Virus record (IMG/VR): IMGVR_UViG_3300011115_000450
Coordinates: 1 to 57,920 of that record
DNA: 57,920 nucleotides
Source: a virus
Lineage: Duplodnaviria; Caudoviricetes
Direction: 5' to 3' (one strand)
Below the pieces are notes generated by a model. It did not search any database. It saw only the letters and a program-made list of their open reading frames with translations, and was not told where the DNA came from. This document shows, one piece after another, positions 1 to 12,600 of this stretch. Position 1 is the first letter of the stretch, and every line of letters begins with the position of its first letter. The position numbers and the translations under genes were made by a program.

Positions 1-236
1 CTTGTAACGCTGGATAACTTCTTCTGCCTTGGCAAAAGCACTGGTATGTTTCGCGTCCCAGACAGCCTTGCCTTCGTAGGTTAGGCCATCCAATGTGCAG
101 CCCATGAAGTGATAGTCCATGCTGATCCGTGTCGAATTGACATTAGTCAGCTTATGGCCCGTCTGCTTCTCATACCAATACCGATTGAGCGGCTCAGTAA
201 ACAGGCCCATCTGAACAGGCAGGATGTCGCTAAGAT
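1..236. repeat. Terminal direct repeat, left copy (probable circular assembly overlap)
   Basis: 1-236 matches 57685-57920 except T110 vs G57794; it falls inside a coding gene. Confidence 0.95.
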
Positions 237-378
237 CATCTTGCCCAACTTCTCCAATCTTCTGCCGCCAAAGGTGCATGATCTTAACGTCATCGCCACC
301 CATCAAGATATTGGCTTCAGAGCCGCCAATCACGTTCATACGGAACTCTTGCTGTTCCTTGGTTAATCCTAGTTGCAT
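1..378 (-). CDS. YqaJ-like viral recombinase/exonuclease, 5' part (continues across the junction into 57684-57271)
   Basis: ATG at 378 with upstream GGAGAG; MQLGLTKEQQEFRMNVIGGSEANILMGG..LWRQKIG..MGLFTEP, a typical YqaJ N-terminus. Confidence 0.85.
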   Translation of the reverse strand, partial: MQLGLTKEQQEFRMNVIGGSEANILMGGDDVKIMHLWRQKIGEVGQDDLSDILPVQMGLFTEPLNRYWYEKQTGHKLTNVNSTRISMDYHFMGCTLDGLTYEGKAVWDAKHTSAFAKAEEVIQRYK

Positions 379-467
379 GTCACTCTCCGAAATGCGCTTT
401 GTAAATAATGGTCAGTATGTATGCAGCTATGCTGCCAGCCACACCAATGATCACTCCAAAGATGAAG

Positions 468-683
468 TCACCCGTCATCCCGCACCTGTGGGATTTCCAT
501 ACCCAGCTTTTCAAGAAGCGTTTCCTTGGGGCCATTCCACATCAAGACAGCTTCCTCATGCGCCGTCTCACCAGCGTAGGGAACAGTGTCAATCAGGATG
601 TGCAGGGCTGTGCGGTTCAGCGTTGGCATTTCGTGGATCTCGACCCGAACGTCCTTGACGTTCATAAAATGTGTCGTTGCCAT
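468..683 (-). CDS. Hypothetical protein
   Basis: 71-aa ORF preceded by the phage RBS motif GGAGAAAACCACATG. Confidence 0.7.
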   Translation of the reverse strand: MATTHFMNVKDVRVEIHEMPTLNRTALHILIDTVPYAGETAHEEAVLMWNGPKETLLEKLGMEIPQVRDDG

Positions 684-715
684 GTGGTTTTCTCCAGTTT
701 TTTCATATCGCGGGG

Positions 716-757
716 TTGCGATATATTTTTTTTATGCTAGTTTAATTCTTAAATCAA
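716..757. promoter_or_regulatory. Overlapping divergent sigma70-like promoters
   Basis: AT-rich gap between divergent operons; + strand TTGCGA-16-TAGTTT (TG-extended), - strand TTGATT-17-TAAAAA. Confidence 0.45.
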
Positions 758-783
758 GTGCCTTTTTACGGAGGGGGTCAAAA

Positions 784-921
784 ATGTTTTACATCGTGGA
801 AAATTTGTTTTGGTCGATCATCTGCTCAGGCATGGTGTTTGGGATCTTTATGACCCTCGACAAAATATCGCAGCAGCCAGTGTGCAAAGGGGCCGTCCAA
901 TGGACATCGTTGATAAACTAA
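784..921 (+). CDS. Small membrane protein
   Basis: GGAGGGGG RBS; hydrophobic LFWSIICSGMVFGIFM segment. Confidence 0.55.
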   Translation: MFYIVENLFWSIICSGMVFGIFMTLDKISQQPVCKGAVQWTSLIN

Positions 922-1145
922 AGGACTCTTATTCTTTCTTAGGAGATCCCCTGCACCGAGAGGCATGGGAGAGAATCGAACGACTGGAGACTGTTTTGGG
1001 GGCTTGTTCTGAATATCTGGAGCGTTACGCCGATGTCATCGACGGTGATGACGGTATCCCAGAGCCTAATGGAGCAGCGATCCTGTGGGGCCGTGTCCGT
1101 GTCGTGTTGGAATGGAAGGGAAACGATGTCTGGATTCCAGAGTAA
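900..1145 (+). CDS. MDIV-family small protein (orphan relative of the 44.7-46.4 kb array)
   Basis: MDIVDKLK..HREAWERIERLE resembles MMDIVERLR..AADEIERLR. Confidence 0.65.
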   Translation: MDIVDKLKDSYSFLGDPLHREAWERIERLETVLGACSEYLERYADVIDGDDGIPEPNGAAILWGRVRVVLEWKGNDVWIPE

Positions 1146-1503
1146 GCGCAAATCAGCAAACCGATTCGGTGTTGTTGCGCCAGAGCTGCGCACGTTAGAC
1201 GGCCATGTGTTCGCTTCCAAGAAGGAGATGACGCGCTACGCCGAACTGAAAGTTGGCATCCGAGCGCAGATCATATCGGATCTTGAGTTGCAGCCGAAGT
1301 TCCCAGTGTTTCTGCCCAGCAAGGATGGAACCAAGGAAGGCTTGTTCTGCACCTACACGGCAGACTTTCGCTACAAGAAGGATGGTGTCGAGGTGATCGA
1401 GGAGTTGAAATCCTCTGGAACGGCCAAGGATGCGGCCTATCGGCTACGCAAGAAGGCTGCTGAGATGTATCACAATATAAAAGTATCGGTGCTGATCAAA
1501 TGA
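1126..1503 (+). CDS. DUF1064-like PD-(D/E)xK endonuclease
   Basis: DGHVFASKKE..DLELQPKF..YTADFRY..IEELKS motifs. Confidence 0.8.
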   Translation: MSGFQSKRKSANRFGVVAPELRTLDGHVFASKKEMTRYAELKVGIRAQIISDLELQPKFPVFLPSKDGTKEGLFCTYTADFRYKKDGVEVIEELKSSGTAKDAAYRLRKKAAEMYHNIKVSVLIK

Positions 1504-1613
1504 CAGAGATTGATGTGTTGACCATCCTGATGGCTGCGCCGCTGTTTGTCACCCTATGGGTGGGTGCGGCTGTGCTGGTGAAGATTGTTGTAACAAACTG
1601 GAGGAAGCTATGA
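1500..1613 (+). CDS. Small membrane protein (37 aa)
   Basis: ATGA overlaps at both ends; MTEIDVLTILMAAPLFVTLWVGAAVLVKIVVTNWRKL. Confidence 0.6.
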   Translation: MTEIDVLTILMAAPLFVTLWVGAAVLVKIVVTNWRKL

Positions 1614-1864
1614 ACGGCGAGATGTTCAACGAAGACAAGATGATCGACCTGAAAGAGCGGACGAACCTATTGAAAGCCGTTTCCGAAATTGCCAAAGCAA
1701 CAGAGGAGATGCCCCATCATCTCGTCATCGAGGCTTGCCTGATCACGATGGTGTCTCTAGTTGCCACAACGATCCCGCCGCAGAAGCACCAAGTCGTCAT
1801 CACCAGCTTGGGCCAGACCATGCGCAAGATGTTGAAAGAGTGCAGCGTGAATATGCAGCAATGA
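1610..1864 (+). CDS. Hypothetical protein
   Basis: GGAGG RBS, ATGA coupling. Confidence 0.65.
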   Translation: MNGEMFNEDKMIDLKERTNLLKAVSEIAKATEEMPHHLVIEACLITMVSLVATTIPPQKHQVVITSLGQTMRKMLKECSVNMQQ

Positions 1865-2325
1865 ACAAGGAAGAGATTGTTGCTCGTCTCAAGTCCGATA
1901 TGGAGCGCAACCCTACCTTTGCTGGTCGGGTATGGTCTGATGACTATGTGCGCGTTTGGATAGCAGGGGAAATTGCTTTGGGTGAATTTACCAAAAACCT
2001 ACCCTCATTCGAGACCAAGTTTTTCGGTGATGGCGGAGAGGACTCTTTCGTCATGATTGAAGGCCGTCGGTATACGATCAACGTCAAGACCAGCAAAAAA
2101 CCTTACAACCTTGTCGCCGAGCCTAAGCGCAACAAGGCAGACATTTACTGTCTGGCTCGGTATTTCGTCGAAACAGACAGGGCAGTCCTTCTTGGCTGGC
2201 AGTGGGGGAGCATCCTACACAAGACCGAGCCTAGAAAGCTGGCAGACAACGGTGTCCCTTTGCACACCCTGCCGCAGCACGAACTAAGAGACATGCAGAT
2301 ACTTCAGGAGAAGATAGATGGCTGA
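1861..2325 (+). CDS. Hypothetical protein, possible PD-(D/E)xK-fold nuclease
   Basis: ATGA coupling; GEIA..GDGGED..INVKTS resembles the GDGGxD..IDVKT motif. Confidence 0.55.
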   Translation: MNKEEIVARLKSDMERNPTFAGRVWSDDYVRVWIAGEIALGEFTKNLPSFETKFFGDGGEDSFVMIEGRRYTINVKTSKKPYNLVAEPKRNKADIYCLARYFVETDRAVLLGWQWGSILHKTEPRKLADNGVPLHTLPQHELRDMQILQEKIDG

Positions 2326-2695
2326 AGTTGAGGATATGGGAACCACCAAACGGGGGAGGCTATCACCAAGGGTAAAATTATCAATCTGGGAGAGAGAGCA
2401 TGGCAAGTGCATGATGTGCGAAGTCAAGCTCAGGCCGGGCAAATTCATCTTCGAGCATGTCCGCGCTTTGGAACTAGGTGGGAGTGATACTGAAGATAAT
2501 GTGAGGTTAACGTGTCTAGGATGCGCAACGGAAAAGACGAAGGTGGACCACCAGACGGCAGCGAAAGCCAAACGCCAGAAGGTGAACACGCTTGGATTAA
2601 AACAGTCACGGACGCCGCTTCCAGCTGGGAAGAACAGCAAATGGAAACGGAAAATGAATGGGCAAGTCGTTCTAAGAAGGGAACAGGATCAATGA
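2318..2695 (+). CDS. HNH endonuclease
   Basis: CMMC..FEHVRALELGGSDTEDNVRLTCLGC. Confidence 0.85.
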   Translation: MAEVEDMGTTKRGRLSPRVKLSIWEREHGKCMMCEVKLRPGKFIFEHVRALELGGSDTEDNVRLTCLGCATEKTKVDHQTAAKAKRQKVNTLGLKQSRTPLPAGKNSKWKRKMNGQVVLRREQDQ

Positions 2696-3027
2696 ACACT
2701 CAAGATATTTTGGTTACAGCACAGCAGACAATCAACAGTCGGGGCAAGGACTACGGTGATCTTAAAACCAATTTCACCCGCGCTTCTATCATTGCCAGCG
2801 TGACCACCAACAAAAACATTACGCCTTATGATGTTGCGTTGATCCTGTCAGCCGTCAAACAGTCACGATTGGCCCATGACCCTAGTAACCAAGATTCTTG
2901 GGTTGACTCTGCCGCCTACCAAGCTATTGCAGCTCAACTCGTCAATACGCCAAACCGGACGAACGATGCGTTCGCCGCAGAGGTCGAAGCTAAACTGAAT
3001 GAGGTTCAAAACAATGTTACAGCTTAA
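2692..3027 (+). CDS. DUF6378-like phage protein
   Basis: IL..A..TINSRGKDYGD..NF..K.SRL..DSWVDSAAY. Confidence 0.75.
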   Translation: MNTQDILVTAQQTINSRGKDYGDLKTNFTRASIIASVTTNKNITPYDVALILSAVKQSRLAHDPSNQDSWVDSAAYQAIAAQLVNTPNRTNDAFAAEVEAKLNEVQNNVTA

Positions 3028-3265
3028 TCCATCAATGGTCGTAGGCACTCCAAACGGAAGAGCAATCGCTATTCTTGTTATTAACCACGGATCTCAGCTG
3101 CCCTTGGAGTGGCTTGTCATCAATGACAAAACACAGGAGTTCGAATCATGGCGCACTCAAGACATAAAGCACTACTTGCCGTTGCGGCCATCATGGTTGG
3201 ATGCCTCACCGGAGGATGCTCCATTGTCGTCTACGACGGTTCAAAGCACCACCGTGATCCTTTAA
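3014..3265 (+). CDS. Hypothetical protein, paralog of 44512-44715
   Basis: MLQLNPSMVVGTPNGRAIA..W vs MIIQLDPTIPMDTPKGPAKA..W. Confidence 0.65.
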   Translation: MLQLNPSMVVGTPNGRAIAILVINHGSQLPLEWLVINDKTQEFESWRTQDIKHYLPLRPSWLDASPEDAPLSSTTVQSTTVIL

Positions 3266-3289
3266 TTAAACCTGAAAGCATACCCAAAG

Positions 3290-3565
3290 ATGCACAAGCT
3301 AGATCTCGAAACCGTCCGTAAGGCTCTAGACCTAGACCCTACTGTCACGCATATCCGAGATTATCTGGCTCTCTATGATGCGTTCGGTGTCGCAGCCTTC
3401 TGTGTCACCGATGCAAAACCACACATGAAGGGGTTAAGCCGTCAGGCCGTATCCAAACGGCTCCGCGATCTTTGCGGGGCTGGTCTTGCTAAACGACAGC
3501 CAACAGAGCCTAAAAAGGCATCCAGAGGCCGTCCAGTTTACTTTTATGTCCTAATCGAGTTATAA
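3290..3565 (+). CDS. Winged-helix DNA-binding protein
   Basis: GLSRQAVSKRLRDLCGAGLA..RGRPVYFY. Confidence 0.65.
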   Translation: MHKLDLETVRKALDLDPTVTHIRDYLALYDAFGVAAFCVTDAKPHMKGLSRQAVSKRLRDLCGAGLAKRQPTEPKKASRGRPVYFYVLIEL

Positions 3566-3593
3566 TGCACTCAAGGCATAGCCTATAATGCGC

Positions 3594-3633
3594 AAAACCC
3601 CCGTCGGGCGTATCCTGACGGGGGTTTATTTTT
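3594..3633. terminator. Bidirectional rho-independent terminator between convergent operons
   Basis: AAAACCCCCGTC-loop-GACGGGGGTTTATTTT. Confidence 0.85.
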
Positions 3634-6600
3634 ATCTGCCGTAGGCTTCTTTCAGCCTTTGCAGTGGGGACTTCTCGACATCTTTTGACGCATTGATGTA
3701 AGCGCGGGTTGCGTTCATCTGCTCCCTCATCAAATCTTCGATGTCAGAGATCTGCTTCTTCTTCGCCAAGGGGGACAATTTATCGTCACCCTTGATGTGG
3801 TCGATGTCCTCACGGTAATCGTTCAGGATCTTGTCATTCTTCCGCACAAGATCGGGAAGGCTGTTCTTGCGAACAAGATTGTTGCCCCGTGTCTGGATGC
3901 CAAGTTCTTCAGTAAGCTGGTTGACCTTGCGCTCCGCAGCTGGGCTACCGGACGATGCCGCTTCTTCCCACGCATTGTTAAGCAGCTGCTCCTTAGCGAA
4001 GATCTCTTTGCGCTTGTCGTAGTAAGCACCTTCACTAATGTTGGCAGACTTCGTAACAATACGACGGAACAATGGAGACTCTTCCATCGGGGTCGGGATA
4101 CCTTCAAGCCCATCCACAATGGATTTATACGTCCTTTGAACGTATTGACCCGTCTGACCAGCAAGGCTCTTTGCCCAGTAGTCAATAGTTCCGGGGTAAA
4201 GATCAATCTTGCCCTTCTCAAACTCATCGCCGCCCGTAATGCGGTTTAGGTAGCTTGCAAGATCAACAGTCCAGCTTGGGGTTTTGCTGGAATATTGTTC
4301 GGATGCTGGCTTCTCAGCGTTCTTTGTCCCCGGCTCTGGGTGGATACGGTTCCCAAAAGAATCCCTGTTCACCGCAAGCTGAACAACAGGAAGCACGAAC
4401 CAAGGCAGGATTGCGGACCAGAATGAACCTTGGCTTGCAGGGTTGAAGGAATCGACCGCGCTTGCGGCAATGTTAACAGCAGCATCTTCTGCCGTCATAT
4501 TGCCAGTTGCCACAGCAGCCATGTTATCGCCGATGTTCCAAGCCGACTTGATAAGGAAGCCCAAATCAAACTTGTAGAAATTTCCGTCTTTGTTTTTGAC
4601 GGGGATGATGACGTTCTTTGAGCGTTCCCAGCCCTTTACCTGAGTGTAGTAGGTGTTTTTTCCGGGGTCATTTTCGTCATCATCGTTCATCCAAACGCCA
4701 AGCAGGCCAGTCAGGAAGGCCAAGAAGATTATGCCATACAGAGCGCGACGGAACCGCTTTGACATCAAGAACCGAGCGAAGTTACGGATACCGCCAACAC
4801 CAGCCGACAGGAACGGCTTGAGAGCGTTAAGCCCCGGCATCCATGCGCCCTTCTTCTGGAAGTTCACAGTGGCATTGAGAGACAGATCCGCAGCCTTGCC
4901 TTGGGTATAACCACCCTTCCGAGCTGCGAGATAGACGGCAAAGCGGACGGTGCTTTCGAAGATCTGGTTTGTCTTTTCCAGAGCCGCAATGGTCAGCCGG
5001 CCAGACTCCATCATGCCATGCACAAGTTTCTCATTAGTGGTCTTTTTGTCGTAGAAGGCTTTGAACATTTCACGGCTGATCTTGCTCTGAACCTTTTCCA
5101 AGTTTTCAAAGCCGCCATATTCCATCCTGCCGCCGCTTAAGATCCACTCATCATATAGAGCTTTGTCCTTTGCGCTTAACCCGCCGACTGTCTCGGCCTT
5201 GGCAATGATCTTCCCTGCGCCAGCCAGTTCAGTCATAAAGTTGGTGGCAAAGCCTTCCTTTGTCCCATACAGGGCAATCATCGCGTCCTGAACGTCGCGT
5301 GGGAAGTTAGTCAGGAAGAAGTCTGGAACCCATGCCGTATTGATCTTCGACATGAAGCGGCCAATCTCAAACGTGAATTTGGCCAGCTTCGATGGCGAAT
5401 CATTTGGAAGGTTCTTCAATGATTTAACCAAGCGAACCATTGCAGGGTTTTCATCATTGAACACGATGTAGCGGCTTTCACCACTGATCTTAAACGGAAT
5501 GGTCACTTCACTCCGGTAGATGCTGGTATCAGGACGCTGACGAACGGTCCCGTCTGCCGCAAGGTATTTAACCATCGGCATGTTTTTGCTGTCGAGGATC
5601 TCGGCAAAGTTTACGTTCGGGTTGTTCTTGATCAGAAGATAAAGAGCGCGGTCTACCCTGTTCTTTTCCTGACGAACAATGCCATCCATGCGCTGTTGGA
5701 TCAGGTTCTGGAATGGATTATAGGCTCTGCTTTTGCGGCCCATAGACGCCTTATATTCCTTGCCCGATACGCTGAACCCAAACCCACGGCGAAGTCCACG
5801 AGAATTTATTTCTGCATCTGCATCCTGTTCGGCATAGCCGCGCAAAGGAACATAGAAATCATACCCACCTTCGGAGTAAGGTTTTGTATATTCGTCGTAT
5901 TGGTCCTGTGTCAGCAGACCAGCGGCAAGACGTTCTTTAAGGTCAGCCCTGATTATCGGGCGAACGAACTTTTCATCAAGTCTAACTAAGGTATCATAAA
6001 TACCCTTCTTTTTGAGGGCATCCTCGATGTCCTGCGCATCATCATTCTCCATGCCTGACCCGCCATGAGGGAACCGTTTAGGGTCTCGTTTGGCCATCTT
6101 GGCATTACGTTCTGGAGCGTGACGAGCATACACAAACTCGACAAGATCAGCTTCTTCGATCTTCAGTTTCGCCATCTCATCCAGCAATGGCTGAAGCTCT
6201 TTGTCCCAAACCTGTTCCTGCCGAGCGACAACCCGATTGTTGAACAGGCCAATAGACATTTCAACATCCATTGTCTCAGGCAGCTTAGAGCCACGCGCCT
6301 TCTCAATGGCACGTTGGATCATGGAGATGTCGTTATACTTGTCAACGAGGCCATACATCAATTCGGATTTAAGAGTATCCTCGTGAACTTCATAACTTTG
6401 AGGGGTTGGTGGACCTTTGCGCTTTTGACGCAATGCCATGTAAGCAAGATCAGATGTATTGACCCCCATCTTATCGGCCATAACATCGGCTTCCATCTCC
6501 AGACGATCAGCCATGCCACCGACATAGAAGTCATTGAAGATCGAGTCCATGCTCTTCTTGCCGAACAGCTTGTTCACGACATTGCGGAACCGACGGTAGG

Positions 6601-9600
6601 TCAGCCAGACTTTGCCGAACACTTCGTAAGAAGCGCGACCCATTGCCACTGCCTTTACATTAGCATCAGCCTTGGCCCCGAACATCCCCATCGCATAGGC
6701 ATCTTGCTCTGACGTAGACAGAGCTTCAATCTTTTCGACAGGCACACCGTAATACTGAGCAACAAGGCGATTGTTCTCTGGCCGAGCGTCAGCGATTGCC
6801 TTGCGCTCTGCTGGTGTCAGCTTGTCCTCAAGGGAGTGCCATGCTTCATGGTATGTCGCGTCAGGGAGCGATGCGCCATGCTCAAGGCTTGTCGCCAGAT
6901 AGATCATGTTGGTTAGACGGTCATTCGAGCCGGAAGCATAATCATCCAGCTCACCACCGGAATCCATTGCAGCCTGTGAGTCCGTGACCTTGATCTGCTC
7001 CACAAACTCAACACGGGCCTTCTCACCCAGTGTCCGCTTGATGATACCTTCAAACTCTTTGTAGGCTTCAGGGACCACATGGGCTGTTTCGGTTTTCAGA
7101 GCAGGACGTAATACCGAATATGAGGTTTTGTTGACATTAGCAGCACCCTCGAAGTTGGCCCCAATTTCAAGTATCCGCGCAAAAAATTGATCCGCTACAT
7201 CTTTCGAGATATAAGGCGTAGTCATTTTTCTGCCGTTTGAGTAGAACCCTGATCCTCCAAGAAGTTCCCTTAACTTCCCATCAAGGAAATATGCACCGCC
7301 CTTAGATCTCGCACTGTTAACGCTAACCTGATACCCGGTATATTCTTGTTTGATAAGAACAGAGGCATCATCTTTACTTACAATAAATTTCTTTGGCGCA
7401 CTATTAACGGCAGCTTTTAACTCAGCTACTGTTTTTATCTTAGTTTTTGTTCTCCTCAAAGCAAATTCAAGATCTTTAATCATACGATTCAGCAAGATCC
7501 CTTGCTCAATTTTCCCATCTTCTGTTGTGAAGTTGATGATTTGTCCTAGACCATCGTTAATGTCAAACCCAGCAAGGATATTTCCCGTAATAATAACACG
7601 GCGTTCTTTAGCTCCACCCTTGGCAAGCATGTCAAATGTTTCGACAAACGACTCAGCCTTGTCGGTGATCCGGTTCCTGTCTAAACTATCTACAACAACT
7701 TTATCTCCAGACCCTCCACCAGCTTGCATTTGGCTCAACTTGACATTCATTATCGGAGATCCAGACGGAAACGCCAATGTCACCGTCCAGTTGCTTGGAA
7801 CAAATGGATTGGCCGACCTGTCAGAAGTCTTAAACCCGATAACCAAAGCCTGTCCGGTTTCGCCAGATGGCAATGTTGCGCGAACTCGCCGACCGGGACA
7901 AAGCATTTTGGCAAATTCCGTAAAGAATCTTTCTTGCGTATCAAATTTATCTTTAACTCTTATTTTCCTGTCTGGATCTTCAAGGTCGTCAAGAGATTCT
8001 TTAACGTAAACATTAAATTTTTCCCGATATTCCTTGACCAAATCAACATGTTTTTTAACAAACATATTATTAAGATCGTTTAGTGCAGTTACATCATTCC
8101 GTTCAAATGCTTGAGATTTGGTAAGATAGTCCTCGTCAGACCAACCAGATACGTCTTTAAGGTCAAACTTTTTAAACGAAACTTTTGGGAAAGAAACTTG
8201 CTGTGCAAAGCTACCCATCCCCTGCTCGGCAAGAACCTTATTGATTGCATCTCTTGCTGTGATGGGCTTGCCAAGTCGGTTTACGTTATAAAGCCCGTAA
8301 ACAACAGCATCGGAAAACGGGCTATCTCCCGTTGCCTCACGAGCAACAGCACTTTCAATGATCTTCGCCTTGAGATCAAGGCTCTTGGCCTCCAAGGTGC
8401 TAATTCCTTGCATCTCAAGCTGGGAAAGAAGATCTGCATATCTGCCCTCAAGATCTTCATAAATATCTTTCTGCTGATGGATTTCCAGCAACGGAATACG
8501 GCCAGTAAGCCTAGCCATAAGGCCTTCTACATCCTGCCTTACGCCATTCTGGCTGTCGCCTTCGTGGCTGCTCCGAGTATCAATATCAAGCATCAAGGCT
8601 ATTTCAGGGTTATCCTGCATAAATTGATATGCAACCAGATCACCATATTCATTCAAGAAGTCTGGAATATTCTCAGCAGTCAATGCGCTCTTACGGGCTG
8701 ATGTCGTAATGGCATTGAGTGATGCCATTTTCTTTGCAAGCACAGCAGCTGGACGTTTTTCTGCCGGAATATCGGCAACCATTTGAGTGTATTCAGGGAC
8801 AATGACCTGACCTGTGCGATGAACACGGCCAAGGGTCTGCATGTGAGTGTCAATGTTTTCGTTCGGTTGAACGATGATCATGTGACGTTGACGAACATCC
8901 TTAAAGCCCTGCTTCGCGTGGAGGGAAAGGCCAGTCGATCCAGATTTGTTAATGACAACCGCATCCAATTCCCCGCTATTGAAGTCAGAGATTGTTTTGT
9001 TTTTGCCTCTTGCAGTCGTTGCATTGCCCGGACGAGTAGCTAGGACAGGTGCGCCAACCTTGTTTTGGCCAGTCCTTTTTTTGCCATCACCGCCGCTATA
9101 GTCAAGGATAACTTGACGTCCAGTGATCTCACCAACCTTATAACCCTTTTTCTCCAAACCATACTTAATGTAGTCAATCGGAGAAATTGATAGATCGCCA
9201 AAGTCAATGCTTTCAATAAGATTTCTGGCATCGTTATACGCTTCAACGCCAGCAAACCCAAGCTCCTCATCTGTCAAATAGTGGTTTTGACCTTTTTCGC
9301 CCTTCTTCATAAAAGGTTTTTTGATAGTAAGTGTTCTTGTTCTATTAAGATACCGAATGAGCAAATCACCAAAAGTTAGTTCAACTGTATCGCCGATAGA
9401 CAAACCAAGATCATTAGCCGTTGTTTTTAAGAATGTTTCCATTGTGTTGGCAACAGTCAAAACAGGCTTCTGCCCATCCTCGATTGCCTTGAGAGCAATT
9501 TCGACGGACGGCTTTGCTTTCATTGCCAACAAAAGTTGATTGATCAGGTTGTGCATGATCGACGTAAAGTTTGTCGATTCTGCTCCTGCCCCGCCTGTAG

Positions 9601-12600
9601 ACCCATCAGAACTTACTGACGATGCGTCTGCCCTGATTGCCGCAGATATGCCCATTGCAGATTCTTTGACATACCCTGAAAATTTGTTGATCAGCCCCAT
9701 TGAACGAGAGAAATCATTATAGATTTCCTCATCCACCCCAACTAACTTTGCATCATATTTCACGCCAGCAAAAGTTCTCTCTCGGCGCATATATTGCCCA
9801 GACTTGGCAAGTGTTGCCGAAAGCACCGACATCAGAGGCACACCGCCTCTTGTCAACAATTCTGGAAGATCTTTGATGTTCCCAACTGCAAGGCCCATAT
9901 CCGTCTTAGCATACAGATCCATGACATCTGGACGTTTTGCAAACGTAGCCGATGAATAAAATGTTCCTTGTGAAAGTTGAGTAAGTTCGCGGGTAAAGTC
10001 AGCCCTGTTTAGTTCTTCATTTTTATTTTTTCCACGGGTTGCAGCTCCACCGCCACCAGCATTATGGCTTTCATCCAGAATAAGGATTGAGCTACTAGCC
10101 ATGCTATGCAAAAACTCACGGCGTAAGGTGTTTTCCCCTTTAACCGTTTGCATCTGCGAATATGTGGTAAAAATTATATCGTATCCGGGTAGCTTTTTTG
10201 TTTCGATTGCATCCCTAAAAATCTTTTCCTGATTTGGTGGGGTAGTAAGTTTTTTCCCGTCCTCATTATCATCAAGGTCGATTGGTTGGCTGACATTTGT
10301 CATAAGGATTTTCGGGTCGCGGCCAAGGTATTTTGGCAGACCGATGCCTTCCTCATTCGACATATCTCGCCACATATCCTTGTAGAGATTGTCTTTCTCT
10401 GTGACGAAGATTGGGGTCAGCTTGTTGATCAAGGCATAGCGAATGATACCAGCATTGATGCGGCCTTTGCCGATCCCTGTTTGGTCGCCAATGATGAACC
10501 CAGCACCTTTTTCAAGGTTGTCAATCGCCAAGGCAAGCGCATCAATCTGTTCGCCTGAAAAATACTTTTCCAGTTCCTCTGGCTTATATTTTAGCCGGTC
10601 GGCAACAAACGCATCAATGTCCCCACGCTTTTCTTCCAAAGCATCGAGGGCGTATTCCATTGCCGCTTTCATGTTGGCGGGGGCAAGTGTCCCCAATCCA
10701 GCTGACTGTTGAGCTTTTGGCACATAAGGAAGCTGTGTTTCAGTTTCCTCTTCGTGCTTCAGTTCGGCTCGTTTGGTATTAGCCAGTTTATTGAATCGCT
10801 CGGACTTTTGCTCTGGAGTGCCATCTTCAGATTCTTCGGGGTTAACGCCCAATCCAGATCCAGATTGTTCAACGTCAGGTTCGCCACGAATACCTTCAGT
10901 GGTTTCAGTTTTGGTCGGCTTGTTAGTATCCCCCCCTTGAACATTAGGGCGTCCACTAGATCCTGCTCTTGTTCCAGCTCCTTCCCCTCCAGTTTCTGAA
11001 ACTGGCTGAGTAGGTGCTGATACAGTTGTTGCTTCGGACTCATTTGGGATTTTCTCCTTAATCTGCTCCCAAGATGTGAGGAGTGGTGGAACTTTTGCAG
11101 CAGGGAGCGGCAAAGCTGATTTGCCCTTACCCTTGATCACGATGACATCAACAGGCCATGCCGCACCCTGTCTTTCATACAGTTTGCCGGCAACCGTGAA
11201 GTGATCTGTTACATTGTAATTGTCATACAGTGTCTTGAAGAACTCACGCTTTGCTTTGCCATGATAGGCATCAGACCGAGCTTTATCCGTCACGGCCATA
11301 GGATGAACGCTGCCTATGATCAAGACAGCATTTCCGTTTTCATTCATGTGATCCAGTGCAGCATGGGATATGGCGTGATCAATCTCAGACGTTTGATAGC
11401 CATTCTGAACCCAATCCATGTCAAAGGATCTAGTGCTTCCATTCTCAGCCTTGACTGTTCCGAACGGTGGGTTGGCAATGATTACGTCAAACTTTCCTTT
11501 AACAAAGCCATAATATGACGCATCTTTGGCAGTTGGCTCAAACCCAAGTGCTTTAAGATTATCGCGGCGCACACGATTGATCTCATTAACAGTCGTATTC
11601 TTAGGGTTGGCTTCAATGACAAGCGCACCGTTGCCAGCTGTCGGCTCAAGAACGCTCTTATCCCAGTTTACCCCAGCAAGACGGGATGCCACATAGGCAA
11701 GCGGGATTGGTGTAGAATACGCTTGGTTGGCAATGCTTTCGCTTGTCCTAGCAGTGAGCTTCGGCTGGGCGTCATACAGCTTTTGCAAGACATCGAATTT
11801 GCCTTGAGGTGTGTTGGCTTGCATCCATCGAGGCAAACTTGGATCGTTCAGTGCGACCTGACGAGCAAGAACAACCAGCGCAAGCTCAATCCCTTCTTGA
11901 ATTTCCTTGTCAGAAGATCCTTTTATCTGCGGGTGGTTTCTCAGTGTCCCCATCTGGAGAAAATCAAGGCCAGACTCTTTACCATCTTGAAGATATGGGT
12001 AAACCGTCCCTGCAATGTGGTCGATCTTATTGGTGTTTGGGCCAAAGAAGTCATAGCTCACCTTGTGCTGCTCAACGGCAGGGGGAGCGGCTTCTTCTTC
12101 CGCTACTTCCTCTTCCTTGGGCTTTGGTTTCTCTTCATCAGCAGGAGTAGCCGGAGGTGTTACAGTTTCCTCTTCAGGAGGCTTGGTTTCCTCTGGAGCA
12201 GTAGATTCCTCTGGAGGTGCTGTTTCTTCCTTGCCACCTTGCGGCTTCTGCTGCTCAGGCATTTCGGCATACTGGCTTACAGCGACAACCTCATTGCCGA
12301 AGTGGGTTGTTGTAAAGAATGATGGGACATTGCCGTTTGCATCGACAACCTTGGTCTTTTCACCTTGCCACAACTCAAGAGGATATTTGCCAATCTCAGG
12401 GGTGTTTGTGTATGGAACCTTTGACTGAGATGGGGATGCGCCCCACTTACCGTCAGGGTTTTTGGTGACAAGCGTCGCTGTGCCATCGTTATGATCAACA
12501 ATCGCCCACTCTTTGTTGTCAGGCGGAGCAAGTGCATTTGCGCCATCACGATCCAAGAACACAGTTTTTTCGCTCTGAGGCTTGATACCTTCATCGCCGG

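Noticed and set aside
741-753. CtrA box in the divergent promoter
   Set aside because: The TTAA half-sites are 3 nt apart, not the TTAA-N7-TTAA spacing
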